NCBI GenBank assembly: GCA_039588295.1
Contig: JBDHAB010000008.1
Location: 36,396 to 100,395, forward strand
Reading direction: 5' to 3'
Length of the DNA stretch: 64,000 nt
From: Gemmatimonadota bacterium
GTDB lineage: Bacteria > Gemmatimonadota > Gemmatimonadetes > Gemmatimonadales > GWC2-71-9
In this document: positions 17,272 to 26,627 of the stretch, piece by piece
Numbering within the stretch: position 1 is the first letter of the stretch
How the letters are laid out: the number at the start of each line of letters is the position of its first letter
Notes under the pieces: generated by a model
Database searches by the model: none
What the model was told of the DNA's origin: nothing
Seen by the model: only the letters and a program-made list of their open reading frames with translations
Position numbers and translations under genes: made by a program

Positions 17272-18282
17272 TTGGCGCAGTGGAGTCTGCGCGCGCTCGT
17301 CATCCTTCTCGTAGCGTCTGTGGTGCAATCCTGTGATCACTCGGCGCCACTCGACGTAGCAGAACAACTTCCGCTGGATCCGCGGGGCGCCACACTCCCC
17401 ATCCGCCTCACCTACAATCCGAGCGACGATATCGACCCGGCAGTGGGCGGGGACATGATCGTGTACAGTCTGCTCGAGCCTGGGCGGGAGGATCGCGACC
17501 GCTGCTTGGGGTACCTTCCGACGGCCGGTGGTACCCGCCTTGCCCTGCGGTGTCCGGGGGGCGCAGTGGCGGACAGCACGCTCGATGCGTGGCTACAGCC
17601 CGCGGTCTCGGACGACGGACGCATCGCCTATGTGCTGCAGCGGTCGAGTGTCCTTGCCGAAACGCCGTCGCTACGTCGCATCGTGGTGGCTCCGCTCGAG
17701 GCTCCTGATAGCGCGCTCTTCGAGGCAAGCGCCTTCTTCGATCTCGCGGACGGCCGGCGAGCGTTCGACCTCCGAGCACTTGCGTGGACGGAGAGCGGTG
17801 CACTCCGTTTCGTGGCGGGGAAGGACTCCTTCCCGAAACCCGATGGTGTTCGGGACACCCTGTTCCAACCGCTGCGTCTCGTCGAGTTGGACCTGACCAC
17901 TGGCTCCATTACCGAGATTGCCGGCACCGATGGCGTGATCGCGCACGCCCCGGCACCGGATGGCGGAATCTGGTTCGTGATGGAATCGACTCCTCGGGTG
18001 CTCTGGCATCGCCCGCCCGGGGGCTCCAGTCCAGATTCGATCGGCGCGTTTTCCGGTGCGGTCTCCCACGTGGCGAACATCGACGGGCTCCCAGTCGGCG
18101 TGCAGCCCGGACCGGATACGTCGCTGGTCGAGATCCTCGACTTGGGAACGGGAATGTCGGCCGCAACCATCGTGGTGATCGGACGTGCCAGTCAGATTGC
18201 GCCGATCCCCGGGTCGCGAAGCTTCGTGCTCCAGCTGATCACCAACATGCATCCGGATCTGTGGCTCTTGGCACTGCCATGA
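17272..18282 (+). CDS. Lipoprotein, probable TolB-like beta-propeller (start uncertain, 17188 possible)
   Basis: LVILLVASVVQSC lipobox-like; RLTYNPSDDIDPAV and PAVSDDGRIAY PD40-like repeats. Confidence 0.6.
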   Translation: MAQWSLRALVILLVASVVQSCDHSAPLDVAEQLPLDPRGATLPIRLTYNPSDDIDPAVGGDMIVYSLLEPGREDRDRCLGYLPTAGGTRLALRCPGGAVADSTLDAWLQPAVSDDGRIAYVLQRSSVLAETPSLRRIVVAPLEAPDSALFEASAFFDLADGRRAFDLRALAWTESGALRFVAGKDSFPKPDGVRDTLFQPLRLVELDLTTGSITEIAGTDGVIAHAPAPDGGIWFVMESTPRVLWHRPPGGSSPDSIGAFSGAVSHVANIDGLPVGVQPGPDTSLVEILDLGTGMSAATIVVIGRASQIAPIPGSRSFVLQLITNMHPDLWLLALP

Positions 18283-21035
18283 ACGGGCTTCGAGCGTTCT
18301 TCGCGTTGCTCGTGATCGCGGCGCCCGCCACGCTGGAATCACAGGCCGGGGGCATGATCACCGGCCGCGTGACCGATCGGCTGAATGAGACGCCGATCGG
18401 CGGCGCCGTCGTGTGGGTGGGTGGTGGTCAACAGGGTGGGAGGACCGATGCGAACGGCCGGTATGCGATTCGGGACGTCCTTCCCGGTGTGTACCGTGTG
18501 ACGGTTCGCGCCGTCGGGTTCCGAGCGATCACACGCGATAGCGTGTTCGTCAGCAGCGGGCGCACTGCGGTGCTGGACTTCGTGCTCACCTCCGAGGCCG
18601 TGGCGCTCCCCGGGGTGGCCGTGGTGGGGACCCCCGACCGGCTGCTCGACCCGCGGGAACCGCAGACGATCCAGCAGATCGGCGGTGAGGAGCTGCGCCA
18701 GCTCCCCGTGACGTCGCTGGAGGAGGCCATCGAGTTGCAGGCCGGTGTCGTCCAGGGGTCGTTTCGGGGAGGCCGGGTGGGGGAGGAGGCGTGGGTCATC
18801 GACGGCCTCGGCGTCAAGAACCAACTGGATGCCTCGTCGGGACAGCTGGGGTTGCGGATCCCCACGGTGGCGCTCGAAGAAGCCACGCTGGTGACGAACG
18901 CGTTCTCGGCCCGGTACGGTCAAGCGCTTTCCGGTCTCGTGACGGCAGCAACAAGAGACGGCGGTGAGCGCTGGGAAGGGCGGATCGCGTACGAGACCGA
19001 TCGGCCGCTCCCTGACGGGTGGGACGTCGGCCTGGATCGTCTCACCGTCTCGGTGGGCGGTCCCGTGCTTGGCTCCGTGCGGTTGTTCGCCGCGTTGGAT
19101 GCCCAGGGGCGAATCGATGATGATCCGGTCCATGCGCCGCCACCGGAGGACACGCTCGATCCTCGCACGGAGCGGCCTTGGCTCCTGCCGCACAACTCCG
19201 GGGAACAGTACGACCTGTTCGGAAAGCTGACGATCCCGCTTGGCCGGCAGCAAACCCTGCGACTGTCGGGTGCCAGCTCGGAGTCGCGACGCCTGTTATA
19301 CGATCCGGCGCTCAAGTATGTGCCCGACGCCGGACCGGCCCAACGGGTGAGCGGTCGGCTGGGCCTGCTCCACTTCCGCCGGACCTCTTCGCCGAGCGCG
19401 GCGACGAGTTTCATCGTGGATCTGCGCCTCGGCTACTTCAGCAAAGAGGCAATCCGTGCGCCGCTCACCGAGCCAACCACGGCGGAGTTCGGCGCGTTCA
19501 CCTTTGCGGGCCTGGAGTTCGCGGGTGAGGCACTCGCCAAGGCTGGCGATACGCTTGGCGCGCTGGACCCGATTCCGGGCGTCACCGTTCCGCAGTTCGT
19601 GGAGACGACCCCCTGGGGCGTCCCCGGATTCTTCACGACCGCGTCTCCTCGCGGGGAGCTGACGTGGAACCGGTTTCGCGAGGGCCGCGCCCGACTCGAC
19701 TTCCTGGTCGGTCGCGGGGCCGATACCGACCTTCGCTTGGGTGGGGAGTACGTTCGCCAGCAGGTCACGACCTTCACCCGGCTGGAAGGGTACCGTGCGG
19801 TGGTTGACGGTGCACCGCCGCCTACGACTGCCGCATTCTTCCCGTTTCAGGCGGCGGGGTACGTGGAGCTGCAGCAGCGCGCGGGTGAACTCACGTTCAC
19901 CGGTGGATTGCGGGCGGACGCGTTCAACGGGCGCGCCGCAACAGAGGGCGGGCAGTCGAAGACCCAGTTCACCTTGGGTCCTCGCCTTGCACTTTCCACC
20001 GCACTCGGTCCGGCAACGATCGTGGCGAGTTGGGGCCGGTTTGCTCAGCCGCCCGATTTCCAGTACCTGGTCGACGCCGCCTTCGACGATACGCTGCGCA
20101 CGGGTCGCTTTCGTCGCGGCAATCCCTCACTCGGGTTCGAGACGAGTACGCAGTACGAGTTCCAAGTTCGCGCACGACCGGTGCCGTTCTTCGCAGTCCG
20201 TGTCGGAGCCTTCGTCAAACGCCTCGACGGCCTCGTCGCCTCCATTCCGCTCGGCTTTGACCCGGACAGCTCCATCTACGGGAACGGCGACTTCGGCAAC
20301 GTGAAGGGCTTAGAGGTCACCCTGGAGCGGGAATACCGCGACGCATTCGGCCTTCGGGCCACCTACGTGCTCCAGCAAGCCGAGGCGACCGCAACCGATG
20401 CTCGCGATCTCTTTCGCCGTCTCCAAATCACCCCCGTCGGTGATACGGTCGTGCCGGCGACGGCGGAGTTCCCGCTCAATTTCGATCGCCGACACGCGGT
20501 CATCGTGGTGGCCAGGGCGAGCGTGCCCGTGGAGCTCGGCTCGGTCGTCGGAGGTACGGAGGCGGCGCTGGTCGCGCGTTGGAGTTCCGGGCTTCCGTTC
20601 AGTCGCTCCAACGCGACGGGGGATTCGCTGATAGGCCTGCCCAACGCGCAGCGGTTGCCGGCGCAGGTCACGATCGACTTGTTCCTGAGGCGAACCGTGC
20701 GCATTGGTGGGATGCGGCTTGGGGGGTTCGTGGACGTCAGGAACCTCACGAACCGGCGCAACGTCGTTGCGGTTCGCCGCGACAACGGGCAGCCGGTGGC
20801 CGATGATCTCGTGATCAGCACAGCAGCGGAGGCGGCGTTTCAGGCAAACCCCGATCCAATTCCGTACGAATCCCGGCGATACCGACCGTGGGCGGATCTG
20901 GACGCGAACGGGCTGGTCGAAGGGCGTGATGAGCTGCTGCCGTTATACTTGCGAGCCGCCACCGACTTCACCCAGCCACTGTTCTTCTTCGGGTCGCCGC
21001 GCCTGGTGCGGCTCGGTGTGGAGCTACGCTTCTAG
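18279..21035 (+). CDS. TonB-dependent receptor with N-terminal carboxypeptidase-regulatory-like domain
   Basis: Signal peptide, ITGRVTD..TDANGRY..PGVY, plug (LPVTS..RGGR..FSARYGQALSG), GNPSL, terminal LGVELRF. Confidence 0.88.
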   Translation: MNGLRAFFALLVIAAPATLESQAGGMITGRVTDRLNETPIGGAVVWVGGGQQGGRTDANGRYAIRDVLPGVYRVTVRAVGFRAITRDSVFVSSGRTAVLDFVLTSEAVALPGVAVVGTPDRLLDPREPQTIQQIGGEELRQLPVTSLEEAIELQAGVVQGSFRGGRVGEEAWVIDGLGVKNQLDASSGQLGLRIPTVALEEATLVTNAFSARYGQALSGLVTAATRDGGERWEGRIAYETDRPLPDGWDVGLDRLTVSVGGPVLGSVRLFAALDAQGRIDDDPVHAPPPEDTLDPRTERPWLLPHNSGEQYDLFGKLTIPLGRQQTLRLSGASSESRRLLYDPALKYVPDAGPAQRVSGRLGLLHFRRTSSPSAATSFIVDLRLGYFSKEAIRAPLTEPTTAEFGAFTFAGLEFAGEALAKAGDTLGALDPIPGVTVPQFVETTPWGVPGFFTTASPRGELTWNRFREGRARLDFLVGRGADTDLRLGGEYVRQQVTTFTRLEGYRAVVDGAPPPTTAAFFPFQAAGYVELQQRAGELTFTGGLRADAFNGRAATEGGQSKTQFTLGPRLALSTALGPATIVASWGRFAQPPDFQYLVDAAFDDTLRTGRFRRGNPSLGFETSTQYEFQVRARPVPFFAVRVGAFVKRLDGLVASIPLGFDPDSSIYGNGDFGNVKGLEVTLEREYRDAFGLRATYVLQQAEATATDARDLFRRLQITPVGDTVVPATAEFPLNFDRRHAVIVVARASVPVELGSVVGGTEAALVARWSSGLPFSRSNATGDSLIGLPNAQRLPAQVTIDLFLRRTVRIGGMRLGGFVDVRNLTNRRNVVAVRRDNGQPVADDLVISTAAEAAFQANPDPIPYESRRYRPWADLDANGLVEGRDELLPLYLRAATDFTQPLFFFGSPRLVRLGVELRF

Positions 21036-21103
21036 CCGAGCTGCCGGTTTTTCGACATGTACATTGACAACCCGTGTGGACAACGCGTGGAAAGGTGGAT
21101 TGG

Positions 21104-21898
21104 TTGTTGACAGACACGGACGGGATTGCCCAGGTCGATCGTGCGGCCGAGCTGCTGGCCGGGGCGGGTGCGGTGGTGGCGCTGACCGGGGCCGGGATGT
21201 CGCACGAGTCGGGGGTTCCGACTTTTCGCGACGCGCAAACGGGCCTGTGGGCGCGCTACGATCCCACCGAGCTGGCCACCGAGGACGCATTCCGTCGGAA
21301 CCCGGCGCTAGTGTTCGGGTGGTATCTCATGCGTCTGAGGCTCGTTCGCGCGGCTTCGCCTCACGCGGGACACCACGCGTTGGTGTCAATGGAGGAGTGG
21401 TGCAAGCGGTTCGCGGTCGTGACGCAGAATGTGGACGGTCTCCATCGACGCGCCGGAAGCCGTGACGTTGTCGAGTTGCATGGCTCGTTGGAGTCCTTTC
21501 GGTGCTTCGACCGCGGCCACCCCTTCGACACCACGCGACTCGAGGGGGTCGAGGCGCCTGCGACAGGTGCGGTGGACCCTCCAGCGTGCGAGGAGTGCGG
21601 AAGCCCAATCAGACCGGGCGTGGTGTGGTTTGGCGAGACGCTGCCACCGGGCGCGTTGGAGCGTGCGTGGGAGCTCGTCGAGCGGTGCGATGCCCTTCTC
21701 GTCATCGGCACATCGTCGGTGGTGTATCCTGCCGCTGCGTTGCCCGAACTCGCTGCGCGGCGAGGAGCCATGGTGATCGAGATCAATCCACAGCAAACCC
21801 CTCTTACGCCGCGAGCAGATCTTTGGTGGCCTCAATCGGCGCGGTCGGCGCTCCCGGCGTTGATGGGTCGTCTCACGTCTTCGGATCCGACCCCGTGA
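21104..21898 (+). CDS. cobB: NAD-dependent deacylase (class III sirtuin)
   Basis: TGAGMSHESGVPTFRD, WYLMR (YxxR), TQNVDGLH, HGS, RPGVVWFGE, GTSSVVYPAA; TTG start at 21104 or 21107. Confidence 0.93.
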   Translation: MLTDTDGIAQVDRAAELLAGAGAVVALTGAGMSHESGVPTFRDAQTGLWARYDPTELATEDAFRRNPALVFGWYLMRLRLVRAASPHAGHHALVSMEEWCKRFAVVTQNVDGLHRRAGSRDVVELHGSLESFRCFDRGHPFDTTRLEGVEAPATGAVDPPACEECGSPIRPGVVWFGETLPPGALERAWELVERCDALLVIGTSSVVYPAAALPELAARRGAMVIEINPQQTPLTPRADLWWPQSARSALPALMGRLTSSDPTP

Positions 21899-23325
21899 GT
21901 GACAGACCGCGGTTCCGCCGCACGAAGATCGTTGCGACTCTGGGGCCCGCCTCGGCCGGAGACCTGATTCTCGGCGAGTTGATCGAGGCCGGTGTCGATG
22001 TGGTGCGGATCAACAGTTCGCATGGTGACCCAGCGGAGTGGTCGCGCTGGATCGGACGTGCGCGCGAAGTGGCCGATGGGCTCGGGCGACATGTTGGTGT
22101 GCTCGTCGATCTCCAGGGGCCACGGATTCGGGTGGGTGCGCTCGCTGAGCCGATGCAGCTGACCGAGGGTGCCGCGGTCTGGTTCGCACCGGAGGCATCG
22201 GCAGAGCCCGGCGACATTCCCACCACGTATGACCGCCTTGCAGACGACGTCTCCCCTGGCAGCCCAATCCTCCTGGACGACGGTCTCCTCGCGGTCGAGG
22301 TCACCACGGTTCTCGGTGGACGCGTTGGCGGGGCGGTGCGCCGTGGCGGCCTCTTGAAGAGCCACAAGGGTATGAACCTTCCCGGCACCACCGTGAGTGC
22401 GCCCACGCTCACGGAGAGCGACCGTGGACACCTCGCGCTCGCGGTCGATCGCGGGGCCGATTTCATTGGTGTTTCATTTGTGCGACGCGCCGAGGATGTC
22501 GACTCGGTGCGCCGCCGCGTTCCCCCGGACGTGCGGCTCGTCGCGAAGATCGAGAAGGCGGCGGCGATCGATGACCTATCGCGCATTCTCGATGTCTCCG
22601 ACGGGCTCATGGTCGCTCGCGGCGATCTCGGAGTGGAACTCCCGTTCGAGGAAGTCCCGTTGACGCAGAAACGACTCATCGCACGTTCGAATCGGCGCGC
22701 CCGTCCAGTCATTACGGCGACGCAGATGCTCGAGTCTATGGTGCGGCAGTCGCGGCCCACCCGTGCGGAGGCATCGGATGTCGCGAACGCGATCCTCGAC
22801 GGCACGGATGCGGTGATGCTTTCTGCCGAGACGGCGATCGGCAGGCATCCCGTCGACGCGGTACGAGCGATGGTGCGCATCATCGTCGAGGTGGAGCGGT
22901 CGGTGCTTTCGGAGTCCGGGAACCGCCGCGCGCGCCCCGAGGTCGGGATCCGCACGAGACCCCACACAATCGATGATGCCATTGCGTACGCGACGACCGT
23001 CGCGGCCGAGATGCTCGACGTTCCGATCATCGCCTGTTTCACCAAGAGCGGATTCACTGCCAGAAAGATCGCTGCGCACCGACCGGGCACGCCGATCGTG
23101 GCCCTCTCTACTGAACCCACCACCTGTCGTTGGCTCTCGCTCGTGTGGGGAGTGGTTCCGATCCTGATCCAGGACGCGCCAACCTATGAGGTCATGCTTG
23201 GCAAGGCGCGCGACCTGCTGTTGGAGCGGGAGATTGTCGCGCGAGGAGATCGCATCGCAGTGACGGCTGGGGTGCCGTTTCACGTGCCGGGGACGACGAA
23301 CCTTCTCAAGGTCGAGACAGTGTGA
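21895..23325 (+). CDS. pyk: Pyruvate kinase
   Basis: RRTKIVATLGPAS, DLQGP, AKIEK, MVARGDLGVE, ATQMLESM, MLSAETA. Confidence 0.97.
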   Translation: MSDRPRFRRTKIVATLGPASAGDLILGELIEAGVDVVRINSSHGDPAEWSRWIGRAREVADGLGRHVGVLVDLQGPRIRVGALAEPMQLTEGAAVWFAPEASAEPGDIPTTYDRLADDVSPGSPILLDDGLLAVEVTTVLGGRVGGAVRRGGLLKSHKGMNLPGTTVSAPTLTESDRGHLALAVDRGADFIGVSFVRRAEDVDSVRRRVPPDVRLVAKIEKAAAIDDLSRILDVSDGLMVARGDLGVELPFEEVPLTQKRLIARSNRRARPVITATQMLESMVRQSRPTRAEASDVANAILDGTDAVMLSAETAIGRHPVDAVRAMVRIIVEVERSVLSESGNRRARPEVGIRTRPHTIDDAIAYATTVAAEMLDVPIIACFTKSGFTARKIAAHRPGTPIVALSTEPTTCRWLSLVWGVVPILIQDAPTYEVMLGKARDLLLEREIVARGDRIAVTAGVPFHVPGTTNLLKVETV

Positions 23326-24101
23326 GCGGACGCCTCATCATCCTCGGGTCGGGCACCTCGTTCGGCGTGCCGGTGATCGGGTGCAGTTGTCGGGTATGCA
23401 CCTCCGAGGATCCGAGAGACCGCCGGACCCGGACGGCGGCCGTGATCGAGATCGACGGTCAGGCAAGGCTGCTCATCGATACCCCGCCGGAGGTGAGACT
23501 GCAGCTGGTGGGAGCGGGCGTCGACACCGTGGACGCGGTGCTGTACACGCACGAGCACGCGGATCACGTGAGCGGGATCGACGACTTGCGTGCCATATCC
23601 GTGCGACGAGGATCCTTGCCCGTGTACGGTCCCCCGGAGACGATCGTGCAATTGCGGCGACGCTTTTCGTACATCTTCGACGCGGCCATCGACCCTCCGC
23701 CCGGCACGGCCAAACCCGAGCTTGCGCCTGTCGCGCTGGAACCGTACGAGGCGTTCGCGGTGGCGGGAACACCGGTGCTACCGTTGGCAGCGGACCACGG
23801 TGGATCGATGGTGTACGGGTATCGGGTTGGCCCAGTCGCCTATCTCACGGACGTGAAGTCGGCTCCCGAGGAAACGGTGGAGGCGTTGCGTGGGGTGGAC
23901 GTCCTGGTGCTCAACGCGTTGTTCGAACAGCCCCATCCTACGCACCTGTCTATCTCGGAGGCGGTTGCGCTGGCAGAGCGGGTTGGAGCGCCGCACACGT
24001 TTCTCACGCACCTCACGCATCGGTTCACCCATACCGAGTTGGAAACGCGGCTGCCCCACGGCGTCGTGCCGGCCCACGACGGACTGGTGGTTTCCTTTTG
24101 A
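23322..24101 (+). CDS. MBL-fold metallo-hydrolase (PhnP-like)
   Basis: LGSGTSFGVPVIGCSCRVC, THEHADH, HPTH, THLTH, AHDG. Confidence 0.9.
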   Translation: MSGRLIILGSGTSFGVPVIGCSCRVCTSEDPRDRRTRTAAVIEIDGQARLLIDTPPEVRLQLVGAGVDTVDAVLYTHEHADHVSGIDDLRAISVRRGSLPVYGPPETIVQLRRRFSYIFDAAIDPPPGTAKPELAPVALEPYEAFAVAGTPVLPLAADHGGSMVYGYRVGPVAYLTDVKSAPEETVEALRGVDVLVLNALFEQPHPTHLSISEAVALAERVGAPHTFLTHLTHRFTHTELETRLPHGVVPAHDGLVVSF

Positions 24102-24185
24102 CGGGGTTTCTGCGGGGTGGTAAATTCAAATTTGACAACGTGCTAGCGCCCTGGGCGCTGGCGATGGAGCGGGCAAGGAGGGACG

Positions 24186-24614
24186 ATGACACACGTACGA
24201 GATGACAAACCGGTGATCATCATCGAGAAGTCGAGCGGGGGCTTTGGCGGCTTTCTTCTCGGGTTGCTCGTCGGGGCAGGAGCCGCCCTTCTGTGGGCGC
24301 CGCAGACTGGGGAAGAGACTCGTGAGGCGCTGCGTGAGCGCGGCCGCAAGTTGCGGGAGGATGCGCGGACCCGCGCTGGCGAGATCCATGAGCGAGTCGA
24401 GGAAGGATACGAGAAGGCCAAGGAGCGGGTTGAAGAAGGGTTCGATTCGGCGCGTCGCACGTTGCGTGAGAAGCGCGCCGGCGCGAAGGATGCACTCGAC
24501 GCCGGGCGCTCGGCTGTGCGGTCTGCCCGCGAAGAGCTCGAGAGCCGTCTGTCGGAGTCGCGCGAGGATCGGGCCAAGACGCCGAGCGGGGACGGGGACG
24601 AGGCGGCCTCCTAA
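24186..24614 (+). CDS. YtxH-domain protein
   Basis: FLLGLLVGAGAALLWAPQTGEETR then charged helix; AAGGAGG RBS. Confidence 0.85.
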   Translation: MTHVRDDKPVIIIEKSSGGFGGFLLGLLVGAGAALLWAPQTGEETREALRERGRKLREDARTRAGEIHERVEEGYEKAKERVEEGFDSARRTLREKRAGAKDALDAGRSAVRSAREELESRLSESREDRAKTPSGDGDEAAS

Positions 24615-24632
24615 GAAACGCTCCGCAGCCAC

Positions 24633-25493
24633 GTGCAGGTCCCGCCGCGCCGCGGATGGGCGTTCTCGCCAATGGGTTTCGTACGCCGCGTTGTCGTTTC
24701 GGCGTACGACGACAACATCCTGTTTTTGGGCAGTGCGTTGACGTTCGACGCCTTGCTTGCGGCGCTTCCGTTTGCTCTTCTCTTGTTGGCGACGCTGGGT
24801 TACTTCGTGCATTCGGGCGAGGCGGCCATGAGCGATGTCGTGGCGCTGTTGGACCGGTTGCTCCCGGATGCGGGCCCGCGGGGCGATGCGCGCCTGGGCC
24901 GTGCGGAGGAGTTGATCACCGGTGTCGTTGCGACCCGGAGCCAGCTTTCGGCGTACGGTATCCCGCTGTTTCTCTGGTTTGCCACCCGGTTCTTCAGGGG
25001 AGCGCGCGCGGCGTTGAACGAGATCTTCGACACGCACGAATCCCGTCCCTTCTGGCTGGGAAAGACCGTTGATCTTGGCCTCGTCATCGCGAGCCTCGTC
25101 CTTATTGTCACGAACGCGTACTTGACGCTGCGCTTTGCAGACGACCCGTGGATCGGGAGGTTCGTGATTGGCCTGTCGACGTACGGACTGGGAGTTGCGC
25201 TGTTCTTCATTGTCTACACGTTCGCTCCCACGCGGCGTGTGCGTGCAGACACGGCCCTCGTCGCCGCCTCCGTCGCCGCGCTGGGGCTCGAAATCGCGAA
25301 GAAGGCGTACAGCCTGTACCTCGCCGAATTTGCCACGATTGACCGCCTCGTGTCCAACGCCAATACGATCGCCGTGTTGCTGGTCGTGGTGTGGCTCTAT
25401 GCGATAGTGTGTGTGTTTCTCGTCGGAGGAGAGGTTGCGGAGACGTATGATCTCATGCGTCGTCAGCGTGAGCAGCGGGCCATCCTCGCGTGA
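24633..25493 (+). CDS. YihY/BrkB family membrane protein
   Basis: DNILFLGSALTF, ALNEIF, multiple TMs, WLY..FLVGGE. Confidence 0.85.
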   Translation: MQVPPRRGWAFSPMGFVRRVVVSAYDDNILFLGSALTFDALLAALPFALLLLATLGYFVHSGEAAMSDVVALLDRLLPDAGPRGDARLGRAEELITGVVATRSQLSAYGIPLFLWFATRFFRGARAALNEIFDTHESRPFWLGKTVDLGLVIASLVLIVTNAYLTLRFADDPWIGRFVIGLSTYGLGVALFFIVYTFAPTRRVRADTALVAASVAALGLEIAKKAYSLYLAEFATIDRLVSNANTIAVLLVVVWLYAIVCVFLVGGEVAETYDLMRRQREQRAILA

Positions 25494-25548
25494 CGAGTCT
25501 GGGCGACAGGCTGGGTAGTGGTCCCGCCGCGAACCGCGGGCGTCGGTC

Positions 25549-26580
25549 GTGACTGACCGGCTCGTAGACCTCCGCAGCGACACCGTCACACGTCCGTCCG
25601 CGGGCATGCGACGTGCCATGGCCGAAGCGGAAGTGGGCGACGACATCTTGGACGGGGATCCGACGACCAGACGGTTAGAGGAACGGATCGCCGAGCTGGC
25701 CGGCTTCGACGCCGCGCTGTTCTTTCCGTCCGGCGTACAGGCCAATCAGGTTGCGGTGTGGCTGCACACCGAGCCTGGAACGGAGGTCATTGTCGAGGCG
25801 AACGCGCATCTCGTGCTCTACGAGATGGCGGGCATCGCCGGCCTTGCGGGTGCACAAATCCGTCCCGTGAGCGCTCCCGATGGCATACTGACGGCCGATC
25901 TCGCACGGGCTGCCTGGCGACCCACCTCGCCGCACGTTCCCAGGATCAGCTTGGTCGCGGCGGAGAATACCCACAACGCGGCGGGCGGGCGGGTGATGTC
26001 GACTGCGGTGTGGGACGATCTGGTGGCGCTCGCTCGTGAGCGGCACGTGGCGATCCATCTGGATGGCGCCCGGCTCTGGCACGCCGCCGCTGCGCAGAAC
26101 GTGGCACTCGCACGACTCGCGGCGGGTGCCACGTCCGTCATGGTCTCGCTTTCGAAGGGCCTCGGCTGTCCGGTGGGAAGTTGCCTCGCGGGCAGCAGCG
26201 ACCTGATCGAGCGGGCCCGTGAGGCGAGACGTCGGTTTGGGGGAGCGATGCGCCAGTCAGGAATCCTCGGGGCCGCCGGGCTGCATGCGCTCGAGCACAA
26301 CTTGCAGCGGCTTTCGGACGATCACGCGCACGCGGCGCTCCTCGCCGAGCGTCTTGCGGATCATCCGGTGGTCCGACCCCTACCGCCAGAGACAAATATC
26401 GTAATGCTGGATCTGGTCCGGTCGGGTGACACCGTGGAGCGCGTGCTGCCACTCTTGGCTGAGGCCGGTGTGCTGTTGGTACCGTTCGGCCCCACGCGAT
26501 TGCGGGCTGTGACCCACCTGGATGTGACGCGTGCGGACGTGCTGTGGGCGGCCGATGTCATCGCTCGGGGTCTGCAGTAG
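25549..26580 (+). CDS. ltaE: Low-specificity L-threonine aldolase
   Basis: DLRSDTVTRP, VGDD, ENTHN, HLDGARL, SLSKGLGCPVGS, MRQSG. Confidence 0.93.
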   Translation: MTDRLVDLRSDTVTRPSAGMRRAMAEAEVGDDILDGDPTTRRLEERIAELAGFDAALFFPSGVQANQVAVWLHTEPGTEVIVEANAHLVLYEMAGIAGLAGAQIRPVSAPDGILTADLARAAWRPTSPHVPRISLVAAENTHNAAGGRVMSTAVWDDLVALARERHVAIHLDGARLWHAAAAQNVALARLAAGATSVMVSLSKGLGCPVGSCLAGSSDLIERAREARRRFGGAMRQSGILGAAGLHALEHNLQRLSDDHAHAALLAERLADHPVVRPLPPETNIVMLDLVRSGDTVERVLPLLAEAGVLLVPFGPTRLRAVTHLDVTRADVLWAADVIARGLQ

Positions 26581-26627
26581 GGTGTGGACCCTCCGAGCGA
26601 ACGTGTCCGTGGAGAGATGAGGATGTC

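Noticed and set aside
21049..21113. oriC
   Set aside because: Only one strong box, no unwinding element, no dnaA/dnaN nearby.
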